DNA of 64,000 bases from IMG/VR virus record IMGVR_UViG_2925514151_000008, positions 8,203-72,202 of that record. One strand, 5' to 3'. This DNA comes from a virus (lineage: Duplodnaviria; Caudoviricetes). Every line of letters starts with the position of its first letter. Positions within the stretch are counted from its first letter, which is position 1. This document shows positions 38,826 to 48,362 of the stretch, one piece after another. Below the pieces are notes generated by a model. The model was not told the DNA's origin. It did no database searches and saw only the letters and a program-made list of their open reading frames with translations. Position numbers and translations under genes: made by a program.

Positions 38826-40734
38826 GTGCGCCGGGAGACCGGTAGAGATCAAGGGGTGAAAGTCCCCGACCATTGAAGGACCAGCAATCCACAAGGTCCC
38901 CGAGTCATGCGTTGCATACCGCGAGGTATGGGGCGAAGCGTTGACAGGGGTGTTGACAGGCCAGCCATTGAGCCACGAAATCTATATTAAATTACCGGGT
39001 GCCGACGTTGTACTGTTAACGGAAGGCAACATCATAGGGTGCAATACTGCGAGTGCCACATGGACCCGGCGGGGTCTGAGACCCTGGCATGTCAATACGA
39101 TCTCTACGCGGGAACCGGGAGATCTCCCCTCTGACCATCTGCCAGTGTCGGAGATGGCCCGCACCGGGAAGACGAGGAGTCATAGCCGGTGATGTACGGA
39201 GAGGAGAAGTCGGACTCGCTCATAGTAGCGGCGAAGCAGGCGAACAACCCGAAAGGAGCGGAGTCAGTGGAGCGAAGGAGCGGGGCCAAGGGGAACGCGG
39301 AACAGCCACACATGCGCCGGACACAGAGCCGGGAAAGCATGTCACAGAGGCTGTCACGCGTGCGGGAAGCTGCGAAGCAGCGGAAGAAAGAACGGTTTAC
39401 AGCATTGTTCCACCTGCTGACAGTCGAAGCACTGGAAGCCGCATTCCTCTCCCTGAGCAGGAAAGCGGCCGCCGGAGTGGATGGCATCAGGTGGATGGAC
39501 TACGCCGGAAACATGAAGAACAACATAACAGATCTGCACCGGAGGCTACATCAGGGCAGCTACAGGGCGCAGCCCGGCAGGCGTCACTACATCCCAAAAG
39601 CGGATGGAAAACAACGCCCGCTCGGCATCGCCTCGCTGGAGGACAAGATCGTCCAGTATGCGCTGGTGAAAATCCTGAACGCAGTCTATGAAAACGACTT
39701 TATGGGGTTCTCATACGGGTTCAGACCCGGGCGAAGCCAGCACGATGCACTGGACGCACTGGCCACAGGGCTGGTACGCACTAACGTAAACTGGGTACTG
39801 GATGCCGACATCAGTCAGTTCTTTGACAGGGTGAGCCACGAATGGCTGATCAGGTTCACAGAGCATCGGATCGGCGACCGGAGGGTAATCAGGCTCATAC
39901 GTAAGTGGCTCACAGCCGGGACGTCGGAGGAGGGTCAATGGCGAGCAACGGAGGAAGGCACCCCACAGGGTGCGGTCATCTCACCGCTGCTGGCAAACAT
40001 ATACCTCCACTACGTCTTCGATCTGTGGGCGCATCAGTGGCGACGTCGCTATGCCACAGGCAATGTGGTAATGGTCAGATACGCCGATGACATCGTCATC
40101 GGGTTCGACAAACGATACGATGCCCGGCGCTTCCGTATAGCCATGCAGCGCAGACTGAGGGAGTTCGGACTCACGGTTCACCCGGAGAAAACCCGTCTGA
40201 TGGAGTTCGGCCGCTTCGCTGCCGAAAACCGTGCCATCAGGGGAAAAGGCAAACCAGAAACGTTCAACTTCCTCGGGTTCACGCACATCAGCGGGAAAGA
40301 TCGCAACGGCAGGTTCATGCTGATACGAAAGACCCGCCGGGATCGGATGACGGCAACTCTGAAAGCCATCAAAGACGGTCTGCGAAGGCGCTGGCATTAC
40401 TCAATCCCCGAACAGGGAAAATGGCTCAGGAGAGTGGTTCAGGGATACCTGAACTATCACTCGGTACCGGGCAACTTCCCCACCATGCAGAAGTTCAGGA
40501 CACACGTAACAAACCTCTGGCGCCGGGCGCTCAGGCGCAGGAGCCAGAAGGATGATACGACCTGGACGAAAGCAAACAAACTGGCAGCCGCATGGCTACC
40601 AAGGGTTCGGGTTCTTCATCCATGGCCTGTGGAGCGGTTCACCGCCAGACACCCGAGGCAGGAGCCCGGTGCGTAAATCGCGCACGCCGGGATCTGTGCG
40701 GGGGGTATCCGGTAACGGGTATCCCTACCGCGAC
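38826..40734 (+). mobile_element. Complete group II intron (probably bacterial class E)
   Basis: 5' GTGCG at 38826; DV GAGCCCGGTGCG...CACGCCGGGATC 40662-40694; DVI with bulged A 40727; 3' CGAC 40734; removal restores TACTGTATATAAAAACAGT|A. Confidence 0.93.
39189..40676 (+). CDS. ltrA: Group II intron RT/maturase, no HNH domain
   Basis: [37 protein letters not shown]; stop codon falls in the DV loop. Confidence 0.95.
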   Translation: MMYGEEKSDSLIVAAKQANNPKGAESVERRSGAKGNAEQPHMRRTQSRESMSQRLSRVREAAKQRKKERFTALFHLLTVEALEAAFLSLSRKAAAGVDGIRWMDYAGNMKNNITDLHRRLHQGSYRAQPGRRHYIPKADGKQRPLGIASLEDKIVQYALVKILNAVYENDFMGFSYGFRPGRSQHDALDALATGLVRTNVNWVLDADISQFFDRVSHEWLIRFTEHRIGDRRVIRLIRKWLTAGTSEEGQWRATEEGTPQGAVISPLLANIYLHYVFDLWAHQWRRRYATGNVVMVRYADDIVIGFDKRYDARRFRIAMQRRLREFGLTVHPEKTRLMEFGRFAAENRAIRGKGKPETFNFLGFTHISGKDRNGRFMLIRKTRRDRMTATLKAIKDGLRRRWHYSIPEQGKWLRRVVQGYLNYHSVPGNFPTMQKFRTHVTNLWRRALRRRSQKDDTTWTKANKLAAAWLPRVRVLHPWPVERFTARHPRQEPGA

Positions 40735-40755
40735 ATTAATCTGAGCGAGTCAATT

Positions 40756-41175
40756 ATGCAGTTTTACACACCCGTTGAGTTACGTGAGATCATGCTGATC
40801 CCGTTGTACAGTGACCTTGTGCAATGTGGTTTTCCAAGCCCCGCACAGGATTACGTTGAGCAACGCATAGACCTGAATGAGTTACTAATCAATCATCCCA
40901 GTGCGACGTATTTTGTCAAAGCCGCCGGCGACAGCATGAAAGACGCCGGCATAGGGGAAGGGGATCTTCTGGTTGTGGATAGCTCAAGGACAGCAGTTCA
41001 TGGCGATATCGTTATTGCTGCTGTGGATGGGGAATTTACCGTTAAGAAGCTGCAGCTGCATCCGCGGGTTCAGCTTAACCCAATGAACTCTGCATATTCG
41101 CCGATAGTCGTGGGTAGCGAGGACACTCTCGACGTGTTCGGGGTGGTTACGTACATCATTAAATCAGCTGGCTAA
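40756..41175 (+). CDS. umuD: UmuD-like Pol V subunit
   Basis: [10 protein letters not shown] cleavage site, GDSM, FTVKKL; ATG 40756, 139 aa. Confidence 0.95.
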   Translation: MQFYTPVELREIMLIPLYSDLVQCGFPSPAQDYVEQRIDLNELLINHPSATYFVKAAGDSMKDAGIGEGDLLVVDSSRTAVHGDIVIAAVDGEFTVKKLQLHPRVQLNPMNSAYSPIVVGSEDTLDVFGVVTYIIKSAG

Positions 41176-41176
41176 G

Positions 41177-42442
41177 ATGTTTGCGCTTTGTGATGTGAAT
41201 TCATTTTATGCATCGTGCGAGACCGTATTTCGTCCTGACCTGAAGGGGCGGCCGGTGGTCGTTCTGTCAAACAACGACGGCTGTGTGATCGCCCGTTCGC
41301 AAGAGGCGAAGCCCTTCGTCAAAATGGGCGAGCCTTATTTCAAGCAAAAGGACATGTTTCGCCGGCACGGTATTATCGCGTTTAGCAGCAACTATGAGCT
41401 TTATGCCGATATGTCCAACCGAGTGATGACAACTCTGGAGGAACTCTCTCCACGCTGCGAAATTTACAGTATTGATGAGGCATTTTGCGATCTGACTGGT
41501 GTTCGTAACTGTCGCGATCTTACCGATTTTGGCAGGGAAATTCGTGAGACGGTTCTGCGCAGGACGCACCTCACGGTCGGCGTCGGCATAGCCCAGACTA
41601 AAACCCTGGCAAAACTGGCCAATCATGCTGCGAAACAGTGGCAGCGACAGACCGGAGGAGTGGTGGATCTGTCTAATCTTGAAAGGCAGAGGAAGTTGAT
41701 GGCTTTGCTGCCGGTGGATGAGGTCTGGGGAGTTGGCCGCCGCATAAGTAAAAAACTGGAGGCCATGGGCATCAAAACGGTGCTTCAGCTGGCGGATACC
41801 GATATCCGTTTTATCCGGAAGCATTTTAACGTCGTGCTGGAAAGAACAGTGCGGGAACTGCGTGGTGAACCCTGTCTTGGGCTGGAAGAATTTGCGCCGG
41901 TAAAGCAGGAAATCGTTTGCAGCCGTTCGTTCGGCGGTCGTATCACGGAATACCATGAAATGAGGCAGGCTATATGTTCATACGCATCGCGCGCTGCGGA
42001 GAAACTCCGTGGCGAACATCAGTATTGCAGATTTATTTCCGCTTTTGTCAAAACCAGCCCCTTTGCGCTGAATGAACCGTACTACGGAAACAGTGCATCG
42101 GTAAAATTGCTTACCCCAACCCAGGATAGTCGGGACATAATCACTGCGGCGACAAAATGCCTCGACGCAATCTGGCGAGACGGGCATCGCTATCAGAAAG
42201 CAGGCGTGATGCTTGGGGATTTCTACAGTCAAGGCGTAGCGCAGCTCAACCTCTTCGATGATAACGCACCACGGAAGAACAGCGAAAAGCTCATGGAAGT
42301 ACTCGATCATCTCAATGCAAAGGATGGCAGGGGGACGCTGTATTTTGCAGGGCAGGGGATCCAGACAGCCTGGCGGATGAAGCGAGAAATGCTATCCCCG
42401 CGCTATACTACGAGATTCTGTGACCTGCTCAGAGTCAGGTGA
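41177..42442 (+). CDS. umuC: UmuC-like Y-family polymerase
   Basis: DVNSFYASCE, YSIDEAF, QLNLF clamp motif, LSPRYTT. Confidence 0.96.
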   Translation: MFALCDVNSFYASCETVFRPDLKGRPVVVLSNNDGCVIARSQEAKPFVKMGEPYFKQKDMFRRHGIIAFSSNYELYADMSNRVMTTLEELSPRCEIYSIDEAFCDLTGVRNCRDLTDFGREIRETVLRRTHLTVGVGIAQTKTLAKLANHAAKQWQRQTGGVVDLSNLERQRKLMALLPVDEVWGVGRRISKKLEAMGIKTVLQLADTDIRFIRKHFNVVLERTVRELRGEPCLGLEEFAPVKQEIVCSRSFGGRITEYHEMRQAICSYASRAAEKLRGEHQYCRFISAFVKTSPFALNEPYYGNSASVKLLTPTQDSRDIITAATKCLDAIWRDGHRYQKAGVMLGDFYSQGVAQLNLFDDNAPRKNSEKLMEVLDHLNAKDGRGTLYFAGQGIQTAWRMKREMLSPRYTTRFCDLLRVR

Positions 42443-42567
42443 CTCAGCATTAACATCTAGTGGTTGTACTGCTACTACAGTCCGCTTAGAGCGAATTGCG
42501 GACGTAACACTAGCAATTACTGCTTGCTTGGAGCGTAGCAGAAAATAAGTCGGACAATATTCGGTTG

Positions 42568-43557
42568 TTAGGCCTTTTTTAAGTACTCTCGCTGAATATT
42601 ATTCGTAAGTGCAATTCTATTTATCTCATTTGGGGTAAAAACCAAATTAACAAAGCCCGCTTGCGCAGCGTGTAACCTACCAGTACTTTCTAATTTCCCC
42701 TGTGATTTTAACTCATGTTCTAATTCATGGATGAGCCGTACCAATTCTTTACCCCTAGAGGTGAGTGGTGCCATAAAAGATGGCTGTCTATCACGATCAT
42801 ACCATTCAATCATACATTCAGAAAAATCTACATCAGCTATATGTTGGTGCACGATGAACTTTATATACTCGAACAAAAAACTTTGTTCTGAATCACCGAC
42901 TCCGATAGCAAAAGGTAAATTTTGATTATCCATTTCAATTTCTGCTATTCCTAATGCCATATCCATGCCAAAATATAAAGATCGTCCGGCATTAGTTAGT
43001 CCAGTACAGAAAAGATTGAAGTATGAGACAGGAAATGAAGCATTGTTACTTTCAGATTTAATCAAATAGTCGAGGATATCTTCGACTGACATGATGTCTT
43101 GATCTAAAATCGCAAATCCTTCAAAGAGTTTTTTAGCACTGGTAGATTGCAAGACATTTGATTTAGGTATGGTAATACCTTTTGCATCAGTTGTCTTGGA
43201 AACTCTTAATGCATGGCGAACATCTTGCCAATAACTTAACTTTGTTTCTGGGTTGTGAATAATAATAAGCACAGGTAATGGGAATATTTCCCAGTAAAAT
43301 CGATGCTTCTCTTCCGGGTGGAAAATCCAACATCCATTACTTTCCTTAAAAAAGGACAGCCCTGATTTTATTTGAACGGCTATTATCCTTCCCGTAGCAA
43401 AACCCTCTGGATTAACATACTCGATCTGGCCATCAATTCCAACGTCAGCCATCGGAGTTTCACGCCAAATCTGGCCAATCTTGGCCATTGCTTCCGCGAC
43501 GGCATTTACACCCAATCTTTCCTGAGAATTAGTCTGGTTATATTTTGGGAAATTCAT
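42568..43557 (-). CDS. DUF4365 (PD-(D/E)XK) nuclease-domain moron
   Basis: WRE...DVGIDGQIE...IAVQIKS...FYWE..PLPV; AT-rich. Confidence 0.82.
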   Translation of the reverse strand: MNFPKYNQTNSQERLGVNAVAEAMAKIGQIWRETPMADVGIDGQIEYVNPEGFATGRIIAVQIKSGLSFFKESNGCWIFHPEEKHRFYWEIFPLPVLIIIHNPETKLSYWQDVRHALRVSKTTDAKGITIPKSNVLQSTSAKKLFEGFAILDQDIMSVEDILDYLIKSESNNASFPVSYFNLFCTGLTNAGRSLYFGMDMALGIAEIEMDNQNLPFAIGVGDSEQSFLFEYIKFIVHQHIADVDFSECMIEWYDRDRQPSFMAPLTSRGKELVRLIHELEHELKSQGKLESTGRLHAAQAGFVNLVFTPNEINRIALTNNIQREYLKKA

Positions 43558-43846
43558 TTTTTCCTCAATCGCATGACACTGGTAACATTATCTTCAGAAT
43601 CTGGCACAAAATTTCGCCAGAGATTTAAGTTCAGGTCGGTAGTCCATTGTTGATTTTTAACAGGTTTCTACTTAACCAGAGAAAACAATGCAAACAAACC
43701 GATACTGTCTATTTTCGAGTATTCGAAAATCATCTCGTAGTTATTGACTAATTATTTCCCCTGTGATTTTGTAACTTTTTGGGAGCACTGTAAAGTCATA
43801 TCAGACGAAGATTGTCTATTTTTGGCTCATTCCGACGTTATCAAAG

Positions 43847-44524
43847 CTATAGGCTTTTGATAGCCTCAATCAATTCCGGCCCCTGGTTTTTCACGTTACC
43901 CACGGCACGCGATACCGGGTGCCAGATGAAATGGTCGGCGGATACTGCTCCGTCTCCAGCAATTTCAACTGCCTTCGCCCCAGTGACATCCTTCCTCATC
44001 CATTCCCGGGCGGCTTCAGGCGCCAGGACCAGCGGCCGACGGTCATGAATATCGACCAGCCCGTGGTCAGCAGCTGCAGTCACTATCAAAAATCCTTCGG
44101 CTTCGTCTCCGCGTTCAAATGGTGTGCTTCCGATAGCAGCCATGAAAATCGGCTGGCCATCAGCACGCTGGATAAAATAGAACTGCTTCTTGTCGTCTTC
44201 CTTTTTCCATTCAAACCAGCCGTCTGCAAAACAAATTGCTCTCCCATATTGCCATAGAGGCTTAAACATTCTGCTTGCCGCCGCGGTTTCTACGCGTGCG
44301 TTAATGAGCGCTGGTTTATCCCACCACCCCGGCCTGTAACCCCAGTGAACCGGATCAAGGTGCAGTTGTTCATCACGTTCGCTCAGGAGCAAAACTTTTG
44401 TCCCTGGCGCCACGTTGTACCGGCCGATTGGTTCGGGGTCATAGGCGATATCACGCTCAGCTTCTTCGGCAAGGAAAGCTAGGTATTCTTCACGTGTCTG
44501 TGATTGAGCAAAGCGTCCGCACAT
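43847..44524 (-). CDS. SOS response-associated peptidase (SRAP/YedK family)
   Basis: MCGRF, RYNVAP, INARVET, IHDRRP, VGNVKNQG. Confidence 0.93.
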   Translation of the reverse strand: MCGRFAQSQTREEYLAFLAEEAERDIAYDPEPIGRYNVAPGTKVLLLSERDEQLHLDPVHWGYRPGWWDKPALINARVETAAASRMFKPLWQYGRAICFADGWFEWKKEDDKKQFYFIQRADGQPIFMAAIGSTPFERGDEAEGFLIVTAAADHGLVDIHDRRPLVLAPEAAREWMRKDVTGAKAVEIAGDGAVSADHFIWHPVSRAVGNVKNQGPELIEAIKSL

Positions 44525-44669
44525 GGTTACCTCCAGTAGTCATTCTGAAAGTATAGAAGACAGAAAATTGAGCGTTTCTTAGGGAGGTAAATAGCCCCGG
44601 AGTAGTTGCTATTGATGGGGTTTCTCCCCCGTTTCACCCCATTAACTCCCCGTACAAATTTTGAGCAAT

Positions 44670-44698
44670 AAAAAACCAACCGTAAAAGGTTGGTTTCA
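44670..44698. terminator. Terminator hairpin just downstream of the tRNA 3' fragment
   Basis: AAAAAACCAACC-gtaaaa-GGTTGGTTT. Confidence 0.65.
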
Positions 44699-44709
44699 TT
44701 GGGGAATTT

Positions 44710-44724
44710 TGGTCGGCACGAGAG
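44710..44724 (-). other. att core: 3' end of tRNA-Pro(GGG)
   Basis: TGGTCGGCACGAGAG is the reverse complement of ...CTCTCGTGCCGACCA; diverges beyond 15 nt so not a full tRNA; GTATGCCTA direct repeats at 44785 and 44797. Confidence 0.8.
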
Positions 44725-45051
44725 AGTGTGAATTGTAATTTCAATTACTTGTTTTTATTTAAAAATTTAAAATTAAATATTTTCGGTATGCCTATTTGTA
44801 TGCCTAAAATTAAAAGTCATCTCTAATCTTTCTTCCAGTACGCTACGAGGTAATGCTGACCCGGTTTTTTTGTACTGATGAGATAGTAGTTATGGTATTA
44901 CGCGCTCCAAAACACCTTAACAATTCTTAACTTATCTAGGATAGTTTTCTAGATTAAAAAACCTCAAAACTTAACTTATAACGTATTGATATTACTGATA
45001 ATAGATAATATCGGTACAGCACTTATAGTTTACTTCAATAGCAGGCTTTAC

Positions 45052-45320
45052 CGACACCGGTAAGTGTCAAGGAAGTTGGCGCCATTGGTTAAGTTAAGCG
45101 GCCTGTTTTGTCCGATCCGGATCAGTGTTACCGGGCCTTCCGGCTGCCAGTTTATCGTTTTGCCTGACCAGCGCTCAGGATGGGCCTTCTGTGCCATGCG
45201 GTACAGTTCATCACGCTGCTTCAGCAGCGCATTATCTTCGCCACGGTGACGCTGCCCGGGGTCACATATTGTATCCCGCTGTGGCGGTGTTCTTCGTTGT
45301 ACCAGCGGGTAAATGTATCT
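45052..45320 (-). pseudogene. IS3-family transposase 3' remnant with probable terminal IR
   Basis: TFTRWYNEEHRHSGIQYVTP, frameshift, then QRHRGED...HPERWSG..NWQP. Confidence 0.75.
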
Positions 45321-45893
45321 ATAGCCATTGGTATTGACCATGGGCACTTCAACCGACTGCCTCCACTGACCGAATGGCTGGATGATGGTCGCAGTATGCA
45401 GTTGAAACGACCGTTTGGTTACGTCTCGATGAATGGTCGAGAATGGAACGTCCCTATCATCACCATTGTAGACGGTGCTTCCATACCGCGAGTTTTCTGG
45501 TCCCTGATAGGTGGACAGTTTGAAGGGGCTTACCGTAACGCATCCATCGTTCATGATTATTTTTGCGATATACGCCCTCAACCTTGGCCAGACGTATATC
45601 GGATGTTCCATGACGCGATGCTATGCAGCGGTGTGCCCAGCTTGAAGGCGCGAATCATTTACTACGCGGTATATCGATTCGGGCCGCGCTGGGTCAATGT
45701 TCCATCGCTCGAACTGGCAAGCTTTGGGTTGAGTAAAGGTGTTTCAATTGTCCCAACGGAATTGCCAGCCGAAGTTTTCAATGCAGATTCTTTTATCGCG
45801 GACTGCGAACTGATAGAGCAAGATAACCTTGATCTTCCTGCGATTGAGCGGCTTGCAGACGCACGAAAGTCAATGTTCAAAACTGCTGACTAG
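45321..45893 (+). CDS. DUF1353-like protein, probably 5'-truncated by the IS remnant
   Basis: DGASIPR.FW...Y..ASIVHDYFC...YYAV..FG; conserved-looking block begins before first in-frame ATG (45396). Confidence 0.7.
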   Translation: MAIGIDHGHFNRLPPLTEWLDDGRSMQLKRPFGYVSMNGREWNVPIITIVDGASIPRVFWSLIGGQFEGAYRNASIVHDYFCDIRPQPWPDVYRMFHDAMLCSGVPSLKARIIYYAVYRFGPRWVNVPSLELASFGLSKGVSIVPTELPAEVFNADSFIADCELIEQDNLDLPAIERLADARKSMFKTAD

Positions 45894-45917
45894 GAGAGTT
45901 TACACCTTTGGTAACAC

Positions 45918-47732
45918 ATGGGACATTATGGTAGTTCACCGAAAAATCTTAACTCAGTGCCTTCGACCGATAGCGAGCCCTGCATGGAAAGTACAGAAAG
46001 CAGTAACCCCTGTAGTAAATTGACTGACGACTTCGAACATGCGGTCGTGCATGTCGCTGTGGTTGTACCACCAAGCTCTACATCTGAGCGGTCTCCTCTA
46101 CGTTTGCTGTTTGCATCTGTCTGGTTGCTGGCATCAGGAAGGCAAGCTCCTTCAAGACCTCCCAAGCCTTACATGAAAAAATTTAGCAAAGAAGGCGCTA
46201 TAGCGGTCGACCGTATAGTCATGACCGCAGAAGAGGCCATCCAGTGGTATCGAAGTGCATCGGAAGAACTTTGTACACCATCTCCCCGTCATGGTTTCCG
46301 GGCGAATTCTGACGACGAACCCCTCTCAGTTGGCAGGCTAAGCGACTTTCCAAGTTGGCCTGTACTGGGCATACCCATGGAAAGCGAAGACATCGCGCTG
46401 AAATCTGAGCGTTCTACACTCCCCTTCCGTAACCTTGGCATTATCAGGTATTCACGTCGAATTTCAGACAGTCAGGAATGGCCGAGCTTCCTTGACACAG
46501 CTGGACAAAGCAAGCAGTGCCAGGAAGCCTTCCAATTCCTAGAGCACCACATGTACGTCGATTTTAGGGAATATCCTGAATATTTGGGTGGGATGGTACT
46601 CGCTGTCCCTGATTGCGACGTTCATTCCGTCCGACAGTTCGTTGAGCCCAAAGAGGACGGTTCCGAATCGTTGTACTTCCATGTGAGGCCCCACCCAGGC
46701 CGTAAACTCCAAGGTCTAAGCTTGACCTCAATGGAAGGACAGGAAGGGATGCTCACCTCCTTCGATACAGTTACGGTACCGGAAGATGGCTTGGTTGTGA
46801 TTGAAAGACCGTCTTCCATCCACGGCTCCGGTCTTGTCCTTACACATACGGAACGAGGGGTCTTACTGCAAACGCCCATGCGACAGTTCCTTCGACAAAT
46901 GAACATGAGGATTGACGTGATCGAGCGACGCGTCAAGGTTACTGCCCCAGAGACAGATAAAAAGAAGAGCCCAGTCAATGAGTACTTCACTGAAAAAAAA
47001 ACCTTTGCGTCCTCACAAACATTGGGTGAAGCACCGAACACGACTGACGCCTTCCAGCGTTTGCTAGACGCGAAAAACGAGCGTCTCCTTAATTACAGCG
47101 CTCAATTATATGATCAGACGTGGTTTGCGGCTGACCAGCGCAAGGAAGCGCTCGAGCACATCAGGAAAAAACTTAAGCATGCTCACTCAAGCATCTTCAT
47201 CGCTGATCCCTACTTCAGCGCAAACCAAATTTCCCAATACCTATTTGCTATTGAGCGAGACGAGATCAAGATACAAATCCTTACCTCAGGCAGTGCTTTC
47301 AAACAGATCAAAGAAGCGGAAGCAAGTCCCGAAGCCGATAGTGAGGCGGCGCTAGACGCACACCAGACAATGCTGCAAAACCTGGATATATTCAAAGCCA
47401 GCCACAGAAACAGCATTGAAATCAAAGTTGCCAATACAGAAAATAGCCTCTTTCATGATCGATTCATCGCGGTCGATGGTCGTGTATGGATGATAGGTAG
47501 TTCTCTGAACTCTATCGGTATACGGCCAACGCTGACCATGCGCATACCCCATGGCGAAAAAATCCTCACCCACCTCATGGACCTTTATAATAAGGCTACC
47601 CCTTTGAAAGACTTAAAAGTCCTGAAAGGAGGACCCAAGAAGCAATGCGCGAATTACGGGCGCGGAATGGTGGACGCGAAAGAGGCGCAGGACGAGGAAC
47701 CGCGCGGCGCGAAGGACGTTAATAATGAGTAA
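45918..47732 (+). CDS. VPA1262-like protein with C-terminal PLD-like domain
   Basis: IADPYF and FHDRFIAVDGRVWMIGSSLN (HxR-x4-D...GS.N variant). Confidence 0.72.
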   Translation: MGHYGSSPKNLNSVPSTDSEPCMESTESSNPCSKLTDDFEHAVVHVAVVVPPSSTSERSPLRLLFASVWLLASGRQAPSRPPKPYMKKFSKEGAIAVDRIVMTAEEAIQWYRSASEELCTPSPRHGFRANSDDEPLSVGRLSDFPSWPVLGIPMESEDIALKSERSTLPFRNLGIIRYSRRISDSQEWPSFLDTAGQSKQCQEAFQFLEHHMYVDFREYPEYLGGMVLAVPDCDVHSVRQFVEPKEDGSESLYFHVRPHPGRKLQGLSLTSMEGQEGMLTSFDTVTVPEDGLVVIERPSSIHGSGLVLTHTERGVLLQTPMRQFLRQMNMRIDVIERRVKVTAPETDKKKSPVNEYFTEKKTFASSQTLGEAPNTTDAFQRLLDAKNERLLNYSAQLYDQTWFAADQRKEALEHIRKKLKHAHSSIFIADPYFSANQISQYLFAIERDEIKIQILTSGSAFKQIKEAEASPEADSEAALDAHQTMLQNLDIFKASHRNSIEIKVANTENSLFHDRFIAVDGRVWMIGSSLNSIGIRPTLTMRIPHGEKILTHLMDLYNKATPLKDLKVLKGGPKKQCANYGRGMVDAKEAQDEEPRGAKDVNNE

Positions 47733-48360
47733 ATTATCGTCCCGGATAAATGTCAGTACGACCGAGTCGGTGGTAGACATAAAATATACCCCGAAGCTAC
47801 TCATACCTTGCGAGGCGTCCTACCAGGTCGAATCCAGTCATCGTTTCCCATCTTTTGATGCCATCAGAGCCCGTAAAGATGCTCTGAATGTACGGTTAGT
47901 CGAAGAATTTGAAACAGCAATTAGTACTGCGCAACAGGTGTGGATAATTGACAAGCATTTATTTTCTGCAGATGGTCAGGAACCCGACCATAGTATACGA
48001 ATTCAGAAAGTTGTGGATTGGTTTTGGACAGACCATATTGAAACAGTAAAGATTTTAACTGGTTATCATGATTCAAAGAAAAAAATCATGGATGATTTCG
48101 AGATCTTAAAGCAGTTAGTAACAGAAAATCGTGCCAAACTTGCCCCCCCCATGACAATCGAGGTCTCATTTAACCTCAGTAACGCCAACTGCATTCACGA
48201 TCGCTTTGCTATTATCGATAACGAATTATGGCATTTTGGCGCAACTGTAGGCGGTTTTCATCGGGATGTAAATGCCGTTAGTAGAGGCTGGAATGCTGAT
48301 GCTCATGATGCAGTGCAGTTTTTTGATACAGTTTGGAAGATGGCCAACGAGAAAAAATAG
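47725..48360 (+). CDS. Stand-alone PLD-like domain protein
   Basis: WIIDKHL and IHDRFAIIDNELWHFGATVGG; 8-nt overlap with upstream gene. Confidence 0.72.
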   Translation: MSKLSSRINVSTTESVVDIKYTPKLLIPCEASYQVESSHRFPSFDAIRARKDALNVRLVEEFETAISTAQQVWIIDKHLFSADGQEPDHSIRIQKVVDWFWTDHIETVKILTGYHDSKKKIMDDFEILKQLVTENRAKLAPPMTIEVSFNLSNANCIHDRFAIIDNELWHFGATVGGFHRDVNAVSRGWNADAHDAVQFFDTVWKMANEKK

Positions 48361-48362
48361 TC

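Larger units (their letters stand above)
1..44724 (+). mobile_element. Lambdoid HK97-like prophage (left end and integrase outside window)
   Basis: Canonical order cI/cro-replication-Q-lysis-HNH/cos-terminase-portal-capsid-tail-tailspike, ending at a tRNA 3' fragment at 44710-44724. Confidence 0.95.

Noticed and set aside
39189-40676. RT as a retron, DGR or defence RT
   Set aside because: It is flanked by complete group II intron ends (GTGCG, DV, DVI); I saw no TR/VR pair, avd gene or msr-msd.
40552-40755. 207-aa extended UmuD, suggesting an intron-UmuD fusion
   Set aside because: The extension is an open frame through DV/DVI; ATG 40756 gives the normal 139-aa UmuD.
44710-44740. Intact tRNA gene
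   Set aside because: Only 15 nt match the tRNA 3' end; the adjacent sequence is AT-rich and cannot form a cloverleaf.
45048-45611. 187-aa minus-strand ORF and the 45180 start of the plus-strand ORF
   Set aside because: Both are chimeric read-throughs between the IS3 remnant and the DUF1353-like gene.
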